Positions 44,480 through 52,989 of a DNA stretch of 54,529 nt are shown here, piece by piece. A program made the position numbers and the translations under genes. Within the stretch, counting starts at the first letter, position 1, and every line of letters starts with the position of its first letter. The notes below the pieces were generated by a model. The model had not been told where the DNA came from. It did not search any database and was given only the letters and a program-made list of their open reading frames with translations. The stretch is taken from the NCBI GenBank assembly GCA_964531405.1, contig CAZHHK010000002.1, positions 1 through 54,529 on the forward strand, read 5' to 3'. Source of the DNA: an uncultured Spirochaetales bacterium. Its GTDB lineage: Bacteria > Spirochaetota > GWE2-31-10 > JAFGQB01.

Positions 44480-44680
44480 GTTTTTTACCTCAATTTAAAA
44501 ATTATTAGATTTCTACATACAATTGTCATTAAAAAATATTCTTTACAGTTTGAATATTTTATAGCAGAAATCAATAATTTTATGATAAATTACCATAAAG
44601 AAGAACATTTTAAAATACATTTTTTTAACAAATTTGTATTTTTTAAAAATCGTATTTTAATATAGATTTTTGTAAATGAG

Positions 44681-45598
44681 GTGTTGCAATTGTCTGATGA
44701 AATAATTCTCAAGATAAAAAAAGCTGCAAACGGTATCAGAAAAAGAGTACTGGATTACACGATAAAAAACGGCGGTGGATACCTAAGCCAGGCATGTTCG
44801 TCCGCAGAAATATTAGCAAGTTTATATCTTCACATTATGAAGCTTCCGCCTGTAAAAAAACCCCTTGTACCAAAACCATTCTCTGGCGTGCCTTCAAATA
44901 ATAATAAAAATTACACTATTGGCAATTATTTTAACGGTGGGCATAAAAAAAATTATGATAGATTTATCCTATCTCCGACTCAGTATTCACTTGTATTATA
45001 TGCGACACTTATAGAGTCCGGCAGAATGAGTGAAGACAGTCTATCTGATTTCAATAAGGATGGATCGTCTCTTGAAATGATAGGAGCCGAACACTCTCCT
45101 GGTATGGAGGTAATGACTGGGTCGCTCGGGCAGGGATTAAGTCAGGCAATCGGTATGGCCCTTGGCAGACGTTTAAACGGTGAACCTGGTAAAACATGGC
45201 TCATGATGTCTGACGGGGAATTTCAGATCGGCATGGTCTGGGAGGCATTACAGTTTATGAGTTACTATAAAATGGATACTATTTGCATCTATGTTGATAT
45301 AAACGGACAGCAATGCGATGGTGCGGTTAAGTCCGTAATGGCAATAGATCCTCTGGAAGAAAAATTAAAATCATTTGGAGCCGAAACTATAGTAGTTGAT
45401 GGCCATGATATAATGTCGCTTATTGATGCATCAAAGACTTATCATAAAGATAAGCCTCTTGTAGTACTCTGCAAGACCGATCCAACCAGAGGTATACCTG
45501 AGCTTAAAAATAATGCAGTCAAGCTTCATTATATAAGAATAAAAAACGAAGCAATGAAAAAGCAGTTTGCCGAAATATTGAATTCAATGAAGGTGTAA
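44681..45598 (+). CDS. Transketolase-family protein, N-terminal (ThDP pyrophosphate-binding) subunit, divergent
   Basis: 305 aa. The start is ambiguous (GTG 44681, TTG 44684 or TTG 44690), and GAGGTG at 44678-44683 favours 44690. GSLGQGLSQAIGMALG and SDGEFQIGMVWEA...DINGQQ match the ThDP motif region. The usual SGHxGG and SKGH motifs read GGGYLS and SPTQYS here. Confidence 0.7.
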   Translation: MLQLSDEIILKIKKAANGIRKRVLDYTIKNGGGYLSQACSSAEILASLYLHIMKLPPVKKPLVPKPFSGVPSNNNKNYTIGNYFNGGHKKNYDRFILSPTQYSLVLYATLIESGRMSEDSLSDFNKDGSSLEMIGAEHSPGMEVMTGSLGQGLSQAIGMALGRRLNGEPGKTWLMMSDGEFQIGMVWEALQFMSYYKMDTICIYVDINGQQCDGAVKSVMAIDPLEEKLKSFGAETIVVDGHDIMSLIDASKTYHKDKPLVVLCKTDPTRGIPELKNNAVKLHYIRIKNEAMKKQFAEILNSMKV

Positions 45599-45599
45599 A

Positions 45600-46607
45600 A
45601 TGGAAATAGTATCACAAGCACATGCAAAAAACTTAATTTCATTTGCAAAAAATAAAAAGGATGTAGTTGTCTTAACAGCCGATCTTACCGACTCATGCGA
45701 AGCGGGACAGTTTAAATCAATCTATAAAGATAGATTTTTTTCCTGCGGCATATCCGAACAGAATATGATGAGTATAGCAGGCGGCTTGGCTCGTGAAGGA
45801 TTTATCCCTCTCGTGCATACTTTTGCAGTATTCATTTATCGAAGAGCCTATGACCAGATTGCAATGTCCATAGCATACCCAAATCTTCCTGTAAAGATGT
45901 TTGGTTTTCTACCCGGGATTGTAACTCCGGGCGGCGCCACACATCAGGCTATAGAGGATATATCGGTCATGCGGTCATTGCCCAACATGACAATACTGGA
46001 ATGCGGTGATGCAACCGATGTTGAATCAGTAATCAATGTTGCATACAACGTAAAAGGTCCTGTTTATATAAGGATGCTCCGCGGCGAAATACCCAGACTT
46101 TTTGATAAATCAAGTCCTATGATTTTTGGCAAATCCCGGATTTTATCCGAAGGCGATGATATTGTTTTAATAAGCACAGGCATTTGTACCGAAGAAGCAA
46201 TACGTGCAACAAACGCTTTAAAGAAATTCAATATCGGTATAAAACATTTTCATGTGACGACATTAAAGCCTTTTAATGATGAAAAAATAATAGATGCAAT
46301 TGATAAATCAAAATTTGGCGTGATTACCATGGAAAATCACTCGATAATAGGCGGTATAGGGACTATCATTGCAGAAAAAATTGCCGAACTTAATCTAAAT
46401 AAAAAGCTTGTACGGATTGGGATTAACGATACGTTTGTGCATGGAGCAAGCAAGGCATATCTTATGAAGGAGTATGGACTTGATGCCATGTCATTGATAA
46501 GGCAGATCGAAAATATCACCGATAATAGATTTGGGATTAGCGATAAAGACCTTGAGGCAGTAAGGATAACTCCAATTCATTCTGCAGCAAAAGAAGACTT
46601 GATGTAA
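45600..46607 (+). CDS. Transketolase-family protein, C-terminal (pyrimidine-binding) subunit
   Basis: 335 aa. Contains TADLTDSCEAGQF, DRFFSCGISEQNMMSIAGGLA, FAVFIYRRAYDQI and the C-terminal transketolase domain. It begins 1 nt after the N-terminal subunit gene. Confidence 0.8.
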   Translation: MEIVSQAHAKNLISFAKNKKDVVVLTADLTDSCEAGQFKSIYKDRFFSCGISEQNMMSIAGGLAREGFIPLVHTFAVFIYRRAYDQIAMSIAYPNLPVKMFGFLPGIVTPGGATHQAIEDISVMRSLPNMTILECGDATDVESVINVAYNVKGPVYIRMLRGEIPRLFDKSSPMIFGKSRILSEGDDIVLISTGICTEEAIRATNALKKFNIGIKHFHVTTLKPFNDEKIIDAIDKSKFGVITMENHSIIGGIGTIIAEKIAELNLNKKLVRIGINDTFVHGASKAYLMKEYGLDAMSLIRQIENITDNRFGISDKDLEAVRITPIHSAAKEDLM

Positions 46608-46620
46608 AAAAAGGATTAAT

Positions 46621-47742
46621 ATGTCAAAAAAGGTTTCAGGCGAGAGATTTACAATCACTTATAAATTGACAGGCTGTGAAAAAGATGCTTTGTCTCTCGC
46701 AAAAGATATATGCATAGAACAAACAGTTGAATTCCCTGAAGATTTGATAAAGGATGATTTTATCAGAAATAATATTTTCGGACGAATAGAATCATTTAAA
46801 AAAAATAATGAAAATACATTTACTGCCGAGATAAGCTTTGCTGTGGAGGTATCAGCTTTTGAATTCACACAGTTTATAAATGTAATCTTTGGCAACATAA
46901 GTTTAAAACCTGGAATAAGGATAGTAAATATAGAGTTTCCCGATAATTTTATTAAAAATTTTAAAGGACCGCGTTTTGGCATAACCGGAATAAGAAATAT
47001 TTTGAATATCTATGACAAACCTTTGATTGCATCTGCACTAAAGCCTATGGGAATGAATACTGATGAACTTGCGAATCTTGCTTATCTTTTTGCGAAAGGC
47101 GGGATAAATATAATCAAGGATGACCATGGATTATCAGATCAGAATTTTTCAAATTTTAAAGAAAGGGTCAGAGCTTGTTGTAAGGCTGTAAAAAAAGCTA
47201 ATATGGAAACAGGAAATAAAACTCTTTATTTCCCAAATATAACTGCACCATTTAATAAAATAATCGATAGGATAAAATTCGCAAAAGACAACGGAGCTAG
47301 CGGATTATTGATTTCACCTGCAATAACAGGGTTTGACTGTATGAAATCTATTGCTGATGATGATTCGATTGATATGCCTGTTATGAGTCATCCGGCATTC
47401 ATGGGGACATATCTGTCTGGAATATCTGGATTTAGCCATGGTGCTTTACTGGGGCAGCTTACTCGACTCGCTGGAGCCGACATAACGGTCTATCCTAATT
47501 TTGGCGGCAGATTTTCATTCACCAAAAATGAATGCCTTGATATTATTAATGGATCTACCTGCAAAATGAGTCATATAAAACCGATTTTCCCTGCCCCGGG
47601 CGGAGGCATGAATTTCTCTAATATACCAGAAATGACTTGTTTTTACGGCAAAGATGTTGTTTACCTTATGGGTGGAGGACTATTCAAACGAAGTGATGAT
47701 CTTGTTGCAAACTGTATTGAGCTTGTAAGATTGATATCCTAA
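46621..47742 (+). CDS. RuBisCO-like protein (form IV RLP), not a carboxylase
   Basis: 373 aa. PLIASALKPMGMNTDELANLAYLFAKGGINIIKDDHGLSDQNF aligns by eye with RuBisCO [44 protein letters not shown]. Lys175, Lys201 and Asp203 are kept, while Lys177 becomes Met and Glu204 becomes His. Later matches are MSHPAF, PAPGGGM and LMGGGLF. Confidence 0.8.
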   Translation: MSKKVSGERFTITYKLTGCEKDALSLAKDICIEQTVEFPEDLIKDDFIRNNIFGRIESFKKNNENTFTAEISFAVEVSAFEFTQFINVIFGNISLKPGIRIVNIEFPDNFIKNFKGPRFGITGIRNILNIYDKPLIASALKPMGMNTDELANLAYLFAKGGINIIKDDHGLSDQNFSNFKERVRACCKAVKKANMETGNKTLYFPNITAPFNKIIDRIKFAKDNGASGLLISPAITGFDCMKSIADDDSIDMPVMSHPAFMGTYLSGISGFSHGALLGQLTRLAGADITVYPNFGGRFSFTKNECLDIINGSTCKMSHIKPIFPAPGGGMNFSNIPEMTCFYGKDVVYLMGGGLFKRSDDLVANCIELVRLIS

Positions 47743-47882
47743 GAAGTTATTAAAAAATAAATAATAATTTAATTTAAGCAATGGTAAATCCATATTTTAA
47801 ATAAAATTAATTGCAATAATTATTTACCATTGAAATACCTTTAGGTATAAATAGTAGCAAATAAAAAAGCTCTGTCCCTAAA

Positions 47883-48335
47883 TTAATTCCCAACTCTTTC
47901 CAGTTTCCAATTGCCTTCTTGAGAAAAATCAACTGAATTGGTAAAATCACAATCAGTTATGCTATCGCCCGATCCTATGCCTGTATAATAATTTAAAGTC
48001 CCATCGAGTTTAAGTTTTATCAAATCCTGCTGTCCATCTCCGTCTAAATCAGCATAACCTTTAAGCTTTGCTTTAAAAGTATCGTTTTCTGTATAAGTAT
48101 AATCACCTTTAAGATTTATATAAAATCTATTATTTGAATTAGGCAAAATTTCCAGATAAGATTTTATTTCATTGTTTTCAAGAAAATAAATACTAAAATC
48201 TCCATCTTTATTAATATTTATAGTTCTATATTTTCCTTCCCAGATAGTGGATTTTATCAGCTCCTGTGAACATGATAAGAATAATATTGCTACGGGAAAA
48301 AGTAATATAACAATTTTAATTATAAATATTTTCAT
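47883..48335 (-). CDS. Putative lipoprotein with an FG-GAP/Ca-binding-like DxDxDG motif
   Basis: 150 aa. A signal peptide ends in LFLSC. Contains ADLDGDGQQDLI. Confidence 0.5.
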   Translation of the reverse strand: MKIFIIKIVILLFPVAILFLSCSQELIKSTIWEGKYRTININKDGDFSIYFLENNEIKSYLEILPNSNNRFYINLKGDYTYTENDTFKAKLKGYADLDGDGQQDLIKLKLDGTLNYYTGIGSGDSITDCDFTNSVDFSQEGNWKLERVGN

Positions 48336-48386
48336 AATAAAAATATTAATACAAAATTACAAAATTAACAAATTTATTTGATAAAA

Positions 48387-48872
48387 TTAATCAACTTGCC
48401 TTTTTAAAAGGCAAACTGCATAAACTTCTACAGCCTTACCCTTTCCAACGCTATCGATCTTTTCTTTTGTCTTAGGCTTAATGGAAATTTGATTTTCATT
48501 GACTGCCATTAAACCAGCCATTTTTCTTACAATATCCGCAAGATAATCCTTTAATTTTGGTTTCTGACAAACAATTGTTACATCGATATTGATTATTTCA
48601 TAGTTATTTTTTTTTATCAGCTTGATCGTCTCTTCAAGCAATATACCAGAATCAATATTTTTATACTTTACGTCATTATCAGGGAATAACAAACCTATGT
48701 TACCGAGATTGGCAGCCCCCAGCAAAGCATCGATAACTGCATGTATAAGTACATCTCCATCAGAATGTGCAAGAAAACCTTTTTTAAATGGAATTTCTAT
48801 ATTACCGAGGATAAATTTTCTGTTTTTAATCAATCTATGAATATCATAGCCGTTGCCGATTCTTATTTCCAT
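48387..48872 (-). CDS. ispF: 2-C-methyl-D-erythritol 2,4-cyclodiphosphate synthase
   Basis: 161 aa. Contains IRIGNGYDIHRL, LAHSDGDVLIHAVIDALLGA and GLLFPDND. Confidence 0.9.
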   Translation of the reverse strand: MEIRIGNGYDIHRLIKNRKFILGNIEIPFKKGFLAHSDGDVLIHAVIDALLGAANLGNIGLLFPDNDVKYKNIDSGILLEETIKLIKKNNYEIINIDVTIVCQKPKLKDYLADIVRKMAGLMAVNENQISIKPKTKEKIDSVGKGKAVEVYAVCLLKRQVD

Positions 48873-49579
48873 AATTTTTTATTATTTGAAAGTATTGCTC
48901 TTGCAGTTTTTAGATCATTTTTATATGTTATTTTAAAAAGATCGAGATCACCTTGCACGATCTTTACACTGCTAAATAATGTAGAATAAATTTCGGTATC
49001 ATCGGTAAATATCTGCTTTGAATCCTTTATATTTTCATATGCACTCATGATATCTGACAATTTGAATATTTGAGGAGTCTGTATAGCTACAAGGTTAGAC
49101 CTTTTTAAATGCGTCTGCACAATATAGTTTTCATCACATATTTTTATTGTATCTACAAGGGGTATACCTGGAGCCGCAGCCTGATATGCAATACAGGCCT
49201 TATATGTATCTTCAATAACACCCTTTTTTAAAAAAGGTCGTGCAGCATCATGGATTGCCACGTAACAGTCATTAAACGATGAATTTATTTTGTACAATGC
49301 ATTATACACCGAATCCTGTCTTTTCCTGCCTCCGATAATAAAATCTTTGAATTTATCTATTTTTTTAAAATATTTTTCTTTAATAATTTTAGCATAACAC
49401 AGCATATCTTTTGCTACAACAATATAAATATTGTCAACAAAATCGCATTTTTGAAATGAATAAGCCGAATACCATATGATGGGCTTGCCGTTGAATATAA
49501 TAAAGGGTTTTGGAGTATTATTTTCAAAACGCTTACTTTCTCCGGCAGCAACTATTATAACATTAAGATTTTTTTCCAT
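48863..49579 (-). CDS. ispD: 2-C-methyl-D-erythritol 4-phosphate cytidylyltransferase
   Basis: 238 aa. Contains VIIVAAGESKRF, GGRKRQDSV, VAIHDAARPF and IQTPQIF. It overlaps ispF by 10 nt. Confidence 0.85.
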   Translation of the reverse strand: MEKNLNVIIVAAGESKRFENNTPKPFIIFNGKPIIWYSAYSFQKCDFVDNIYIVVAKDMLCYAKIIKEKYFKKIDKFKDFIIGGRKRQDSVYNALYKINSSFNDCYVAIHDAARPFLKKGVIEDTYKACIAYQAAAPGIPLVDTIKICDENYIVQTHLKRSNLVAIQTPQIFKLSDIMSAYENIKDSKQIFTDDTEIYSTLFSSVKIVQGDLDLFKITYKNDLKTARAILSNNKKLWK

Positions 49580-49595
49580 TTGCCAAGATCGACCC

Positions 49596-50291
49596 TCATG
49601 ATTTTTTTATATTTTCCTGATGGAATATATTATACATTAATGCTCCGTTAAATCTTCCTACAATTTCTAAAGAATTTATCATGTCTTCATCTGGAAGCTC
49701 ATTATTTGCTAACTTCAGTCCCACAAAAATTCCGATTACTCTTCCTGAAAATATAAAAGGGATGAATAATTCAAAATCGGATTCTTCTATATCTTTATCG
49801 CTTAAAATATTTCCAAATTCAAAAAATTCTTCATTTTCCTGTGTTAAAAGATAATGATTTTCTTTAACGATTTTTTTATAAATATTACAGAATTTCAAAT
49901 CAAATGATATTTTATCTAATGAATTTTCTTTTATATTCTTGCCGCTCCAGTAACTGAATTTATTTTTACGCGGAGAAAAAATAAACATAATCGCTTTTGA
50001 AAAGTTATAATTTTTAATTATCAGATCAGTAAATTTCTTACATGCATTTTTATTTAAGTTAATCTTTGCTGCTTCTATTGAAATATTATTGATTATGTCA
50101 TAATACTTCAGAGGTTTCTCAAAAAGCATGCTTTTTTCGGCTAACTGCTTAAGATACTCACTGTCCCTTTCATCAAAACCCGACTGTTTTCTAAACCCCA
50201 GATATTCAAGAGTCCTATTTAATAAGCTACCGCCTGTTAATTTTTTTAAATATTCCTCTCTATATTTTAAAGCCTTTTTAAGTAAGCCCAT
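49596..50291 (-). CDS. Hypothetical protein with a GAF-like C-terminal half
   Basis: The ORF track starts at 50330, but that version would overlap a terminator stem. ATG 50291 (MGLLKKAL) follows AAGGG. The C-terminal LFIPFIFSGRVIGIFVGLK resembles the GAF beta-strand signature. It lies 16 nt upstream of ispD. Confidence 0.45.
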   Translation of the reverse strand: MGLLKKALKYREEYLKKLTGGSLLNRTLEYLGFRKQSGFDERDSEYLKQLAEKSMLFEKPLKYYDIINNISIEAAKINLNKNACKKFTDLIIKNYNFSKAIMFIFSPRKNKFSYWSGKNIKENSLDKISFDLKFCNIYKKIVKENHYLLTQENEEFFEFGNILSDKDIEESDFELFIPFIFSGRVIGIFVGLKLANNELPDEDMINSLEIVGRFNGALMYNIFHQENIKKS

Positions 50292-50316
50292 TATAAACCC
50301 TTTAAAATTAATACAT

Positions 50317-50358
50317 AAAAAAACCACCATTCATTGATTGTTACAATAAAATGGTGGT
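50317..50358 (-). terminator. Rho-independent terminator-like hairpin after the acidic-protein gene
   Basis: On the minus strand, accaccat (complement of 50351-50358) pairs with atggtggt (complement of 50323-50330) across a 20-nt loop. A T-run of about 7 follows (plus-strand A-run 50317-50323). Confidence 0.45.
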
Positions 50359-50374
50359 GTTATTTCATTTCTAT

Positions 50375-52843
50375 TTAATGTTCTATTTTTAATTCATCGA
50401 ATAAATTTTTATATAGATCAAATGTTTTTGATTCAGCGAATTCCTTAATTTTTTCTTCAGGCAGCGCATCGAGAAGCTGATCCAGATACTTTAAAACTTC
50501 CCTCACATTTTTTTTCAGTGAATCCTGATCACCAGCTATAGTCTCAGATTGTTTTTGCTTCATCATTTCATTTTTTAGATTTCCATAGACATCATCACTT
50601 GATTCGATTTGATCAGCATTAACTTCCTGTAATTCTATTTCATCGGCATGCACTTCCTGAAGGTCCGCATCAAAATTAGACAGATCTATCGTTTCGGTCA
50701 TTTCATCAAACTCATCCACTTTAGCCGCAGGTTTTTCTTCATTCAAATCGGTATCTTTGATAATATTGTCAAGCTCTTCACTCGATAATCCAATGGTTTC
50801 CTCTTCTTCTTCCTTTGGCATTGAAATAGTTTCACTTGGAATATTTTCAAGATCTATTTCTGACATATCAATATCAATTTTTGAGTCATCACCGCCTTCA
50901 TCCAATTCCAGATCGATACTATCATCCAAAACAGAGTCCGCATCAGCAAGAGGAGAAATACTATTTGAGTATTCTTCATCTCCCGAAATCTTGACACTTG
51001 CTATATCTTCATCAAGCTCAGGCATTGACTCATCATCCGGAAAGATTTTATCTTCGATATCCGAAAGATCGGCTTCTTCAAGTTTTATTGCTTCTTCATT
51101 AAGATCCAAAGATTCATCTTTTTTTGATTTCATGGCCTCTCCAACTATTTCAGATTCAAGTGTTGAGGGTGTTTTGTCTATTGATTCAAGATCAAGTTTA
51201 TCATCAACTTTTTCTGCATTACTCATATTAATAAATTCTTTATCATTAATATCTAAATTATCCTCATCTATAGTCAAGTCCTCGCTTGACATATCAGAAT
51301 CAATAGCGATCTCCATTTCATCTTCTGACTTATTATTCGTATTTATTTGTGCAGGCTCCTCAACAAGATCAAGACTGATATCATCCGTTGATATATCGCT
51401 TAATTCATCATCTGCTGATTTATCAATTTCTAAAGGGATATCTTCATCAAGATTTAATGTATCATCACTTTTTTTTGCTTCTCCATTTTTGTCGTCTTTA
51501 AAATCCCCGGTTTCAAGATCAAGCTCAAACGAGAGCTCATCTTCCAGATCAAGACTGCTATCACCCAAAACATTTTCCTGCGCATGAAAATCCTGTGATC
51601 CGGCAATATTTTGATTTAACGTTTCGTCTTCTTCTATTTTTATATCATCATCGGATATATCTCTAATTTTATTATCAAACTCAATATAGTCGTTTTTAAC
51701 TATATCTTCTTCAGCCGGCTGTTCAGTATTTTTTTGTTCATTTAAATCCAGTGAAACATCTTCATCGAGATTCAAATCTTTTAGAGTATCGGTAACATCA
51801 TCGAGTTTTAAGTTACTCTCATCAAGGTTATCTATATCATCGATATTATCTAAGGATATATCGTTATTAAACTCGATGTTTTCGACTGCTGATCCGTCAG
51901 CACTATTTAAATCTTCATGCAAAAAATCTTCCTGCTCATCATTAATTGATAAAGGTTTTTTCTCAGGAAAATTGATTTTTTCTACTTCAGTGTCTTCTTC
52001 AAGCTGTTTAAAATAGCTTTCATCTTCGAGTACAGCACCAGCGTTCATTGATTCTTCCATTGCCGCAGAATCAATCGTTTGAGGATCCTGTTTTAAATCT
52101 ACACCATATTCCTCTTCTGATGATCTTAAATTATCATCAGACAGGTCAATATCAAAGTTAGAATTATCAATGTTTAATTCTTCATCTTCAGATAATGACA
52201 ATTGATCCTTAAGTCCAAGATCAGTTTTTAAATTCAATTCGAGATCATCAAGATTATCTTCAAGTTTCATTGTTTCTTGATCTTCTGAAATATCGTCCAG
52301 ATTCAGATCTTCCTCAAGTCCGTCGAGTTTTATGTCATCATCCATACTGATTTGCTCATCAAGATTTAAATCCGAATCTATGCTTTGAGACATATCATCT
52401 TTATTACTTATTGACGTTGTTTCATTAAGATTATCAAGCCCTTCAAGATCACTATCTTCTATTGAGATATCTTCAAGTTGCAAATCATCCAGGTTTAAAT
52501 CATCGGTATTCAAAGAATCGATATTCTCCGGTGATAAATCATCCTCCTTCTTTTGATTTTCAATAGAAATATTATCACCAAGATCCATTGACAGATCAAG
52601 GTTGCCTATGTCATCATCTTTTTGAGTATTATATGTATCGGTTGGAGCGCTGTCATCGCTTTCCAGATCTTCGATGCCGGCATCCGTATCAATATCTTGA
52701 ATGTCACCGCCATCAGAAATATCCGACAAGTCAACATCTTCATCCAGATTTAAGGAAATATCTTCTAAATTTAACTCATCCGGAATTTCTATTTCTGAAT
52801 TTTGATTATCCCCTATTTTTTGCGGTTTTTTGACTTCAGGCAT
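50375..52843 (-). CDS. Hyper-acidic (D/E/L/N/S/I-rich) 822-aa low-complexity protein with a short ordered C-terminal domain
   Basis: An uninterrupted 2.5-kb ORF with an AAGAGG RBS 5 nt upstream. It has no signal peptide or TM segment. Degenerate L(D/N)L(D/E)(D/E)-type repeats run throughout. Only the last ~60 aa look globular (NVREVLKYLDQLLDALPEEKIKEFAESKTFDLYKNLFDELKIEH). Confidence 0.7.
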   Translation of the reverse strand: MPEVKKPQKIGDNQNSEIEIPDELNLEDISLNLDEDVDLSDISDGGDIQDIDTDAGIEDLESDDSAPTDTYNTQKDDDIGNLDLSMDLGDNISIENQKKEDDLSPENIDSLNTDDLNLDDLQLEDISIEDSDLEGLDNLNETTSISNKDDMSQSIDSDLNLDEQISMDDDIKLDGLEEDLNLDDISEDQETMKLEDNLDDLELNLKTDLGLKDQLSLSEDEELNIDNSNFDIDLSDDNLRSSEEEYGVDLKQDPQTIDSAAMEESMNAGAVLEDESYFKQLEEDTEVEKINFPEKKPLSINDEQEDFLHEDLNSADGSAVENIEFNNDISLDNIDDIDNLDESNLKLDDVTDTLKDLNLDEDVSLDLNEQKNTEQPAEEDIVKNDYIEFDNKIRDISDDDIKIEEDETLNQNIAGSQDFHAQENVLGDSSLDLEDELSFELDLETGDFKDDKNGEAKKSDDTLNLDEDIPLEIDKSADDELSDISTDDISLDLVEEPAQINTNNKSEDEMEIAIDSDMSSEDLTIDEDNLDINDKEFINMSNAEKVDDKLDLESIDKTPSTLESEIVGEAMKSKKDESLDLNEEAIKLEEADLSDIEDKIFPDDESMPELDEDIASVKISGDEEYSNSISPLADADSVLDDSIDLELDEGGDDSKIDIDMSEIDLENIPSETISMPKEEEEETIGLSSEELDNIIKDTDLNEEKPAAKVDEFDEMTETIDLSNFDADLQEVHADEIELQEVNADQIESSDDVYGNLKNEMMKQKQSETIAGDQDSLKKNVREVLKYLDQLLDALPEEKIKEFAESKTFDLYKNLFDELKIEH

Positions 52844-52989
52844 AATAACCTCTTTGCATTAAGATAGTCTTTTATAGTTAATATTCGGCAAAATGGGAAA
52901 TTTTTTTACACCTTATATAGTAAAATTTAATCCTTTCTGGCTTTTTGTCAATAGATTATTATTTTTATTTAATTATTTAATAAATTTAG

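Noticed and set aside
44480-44680. Possible trp attenuator, leader peptide, T-box or TPP riboswitch
   Set aside because: The only mini-ORF on the trpE strand (MVIYHKIIDFCYKIFKL) has no Trp codons. There is no GC-rich stem or conserved riboswitch core string.
47779-47832. 11-bp inverted repeat (caatggtaaat/atttaccattg) after the RLP gene as a terminator
   Set aside because: The 32-nt loop and the absence of a U-tract make it a poor intrinsic terminator. It could be real, but this is not supportable by eye.
50757-51587. 276-aa Ser-rich ORF on the plus strand
   Set aside because: It is the antisense reading of the D/E-rich acidic gene. GAT/GAA-rich codons read backwards give TC-rich Ser codons and few stops. 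It has low complexity, no RBS, and lies wholly inside a better ORF.
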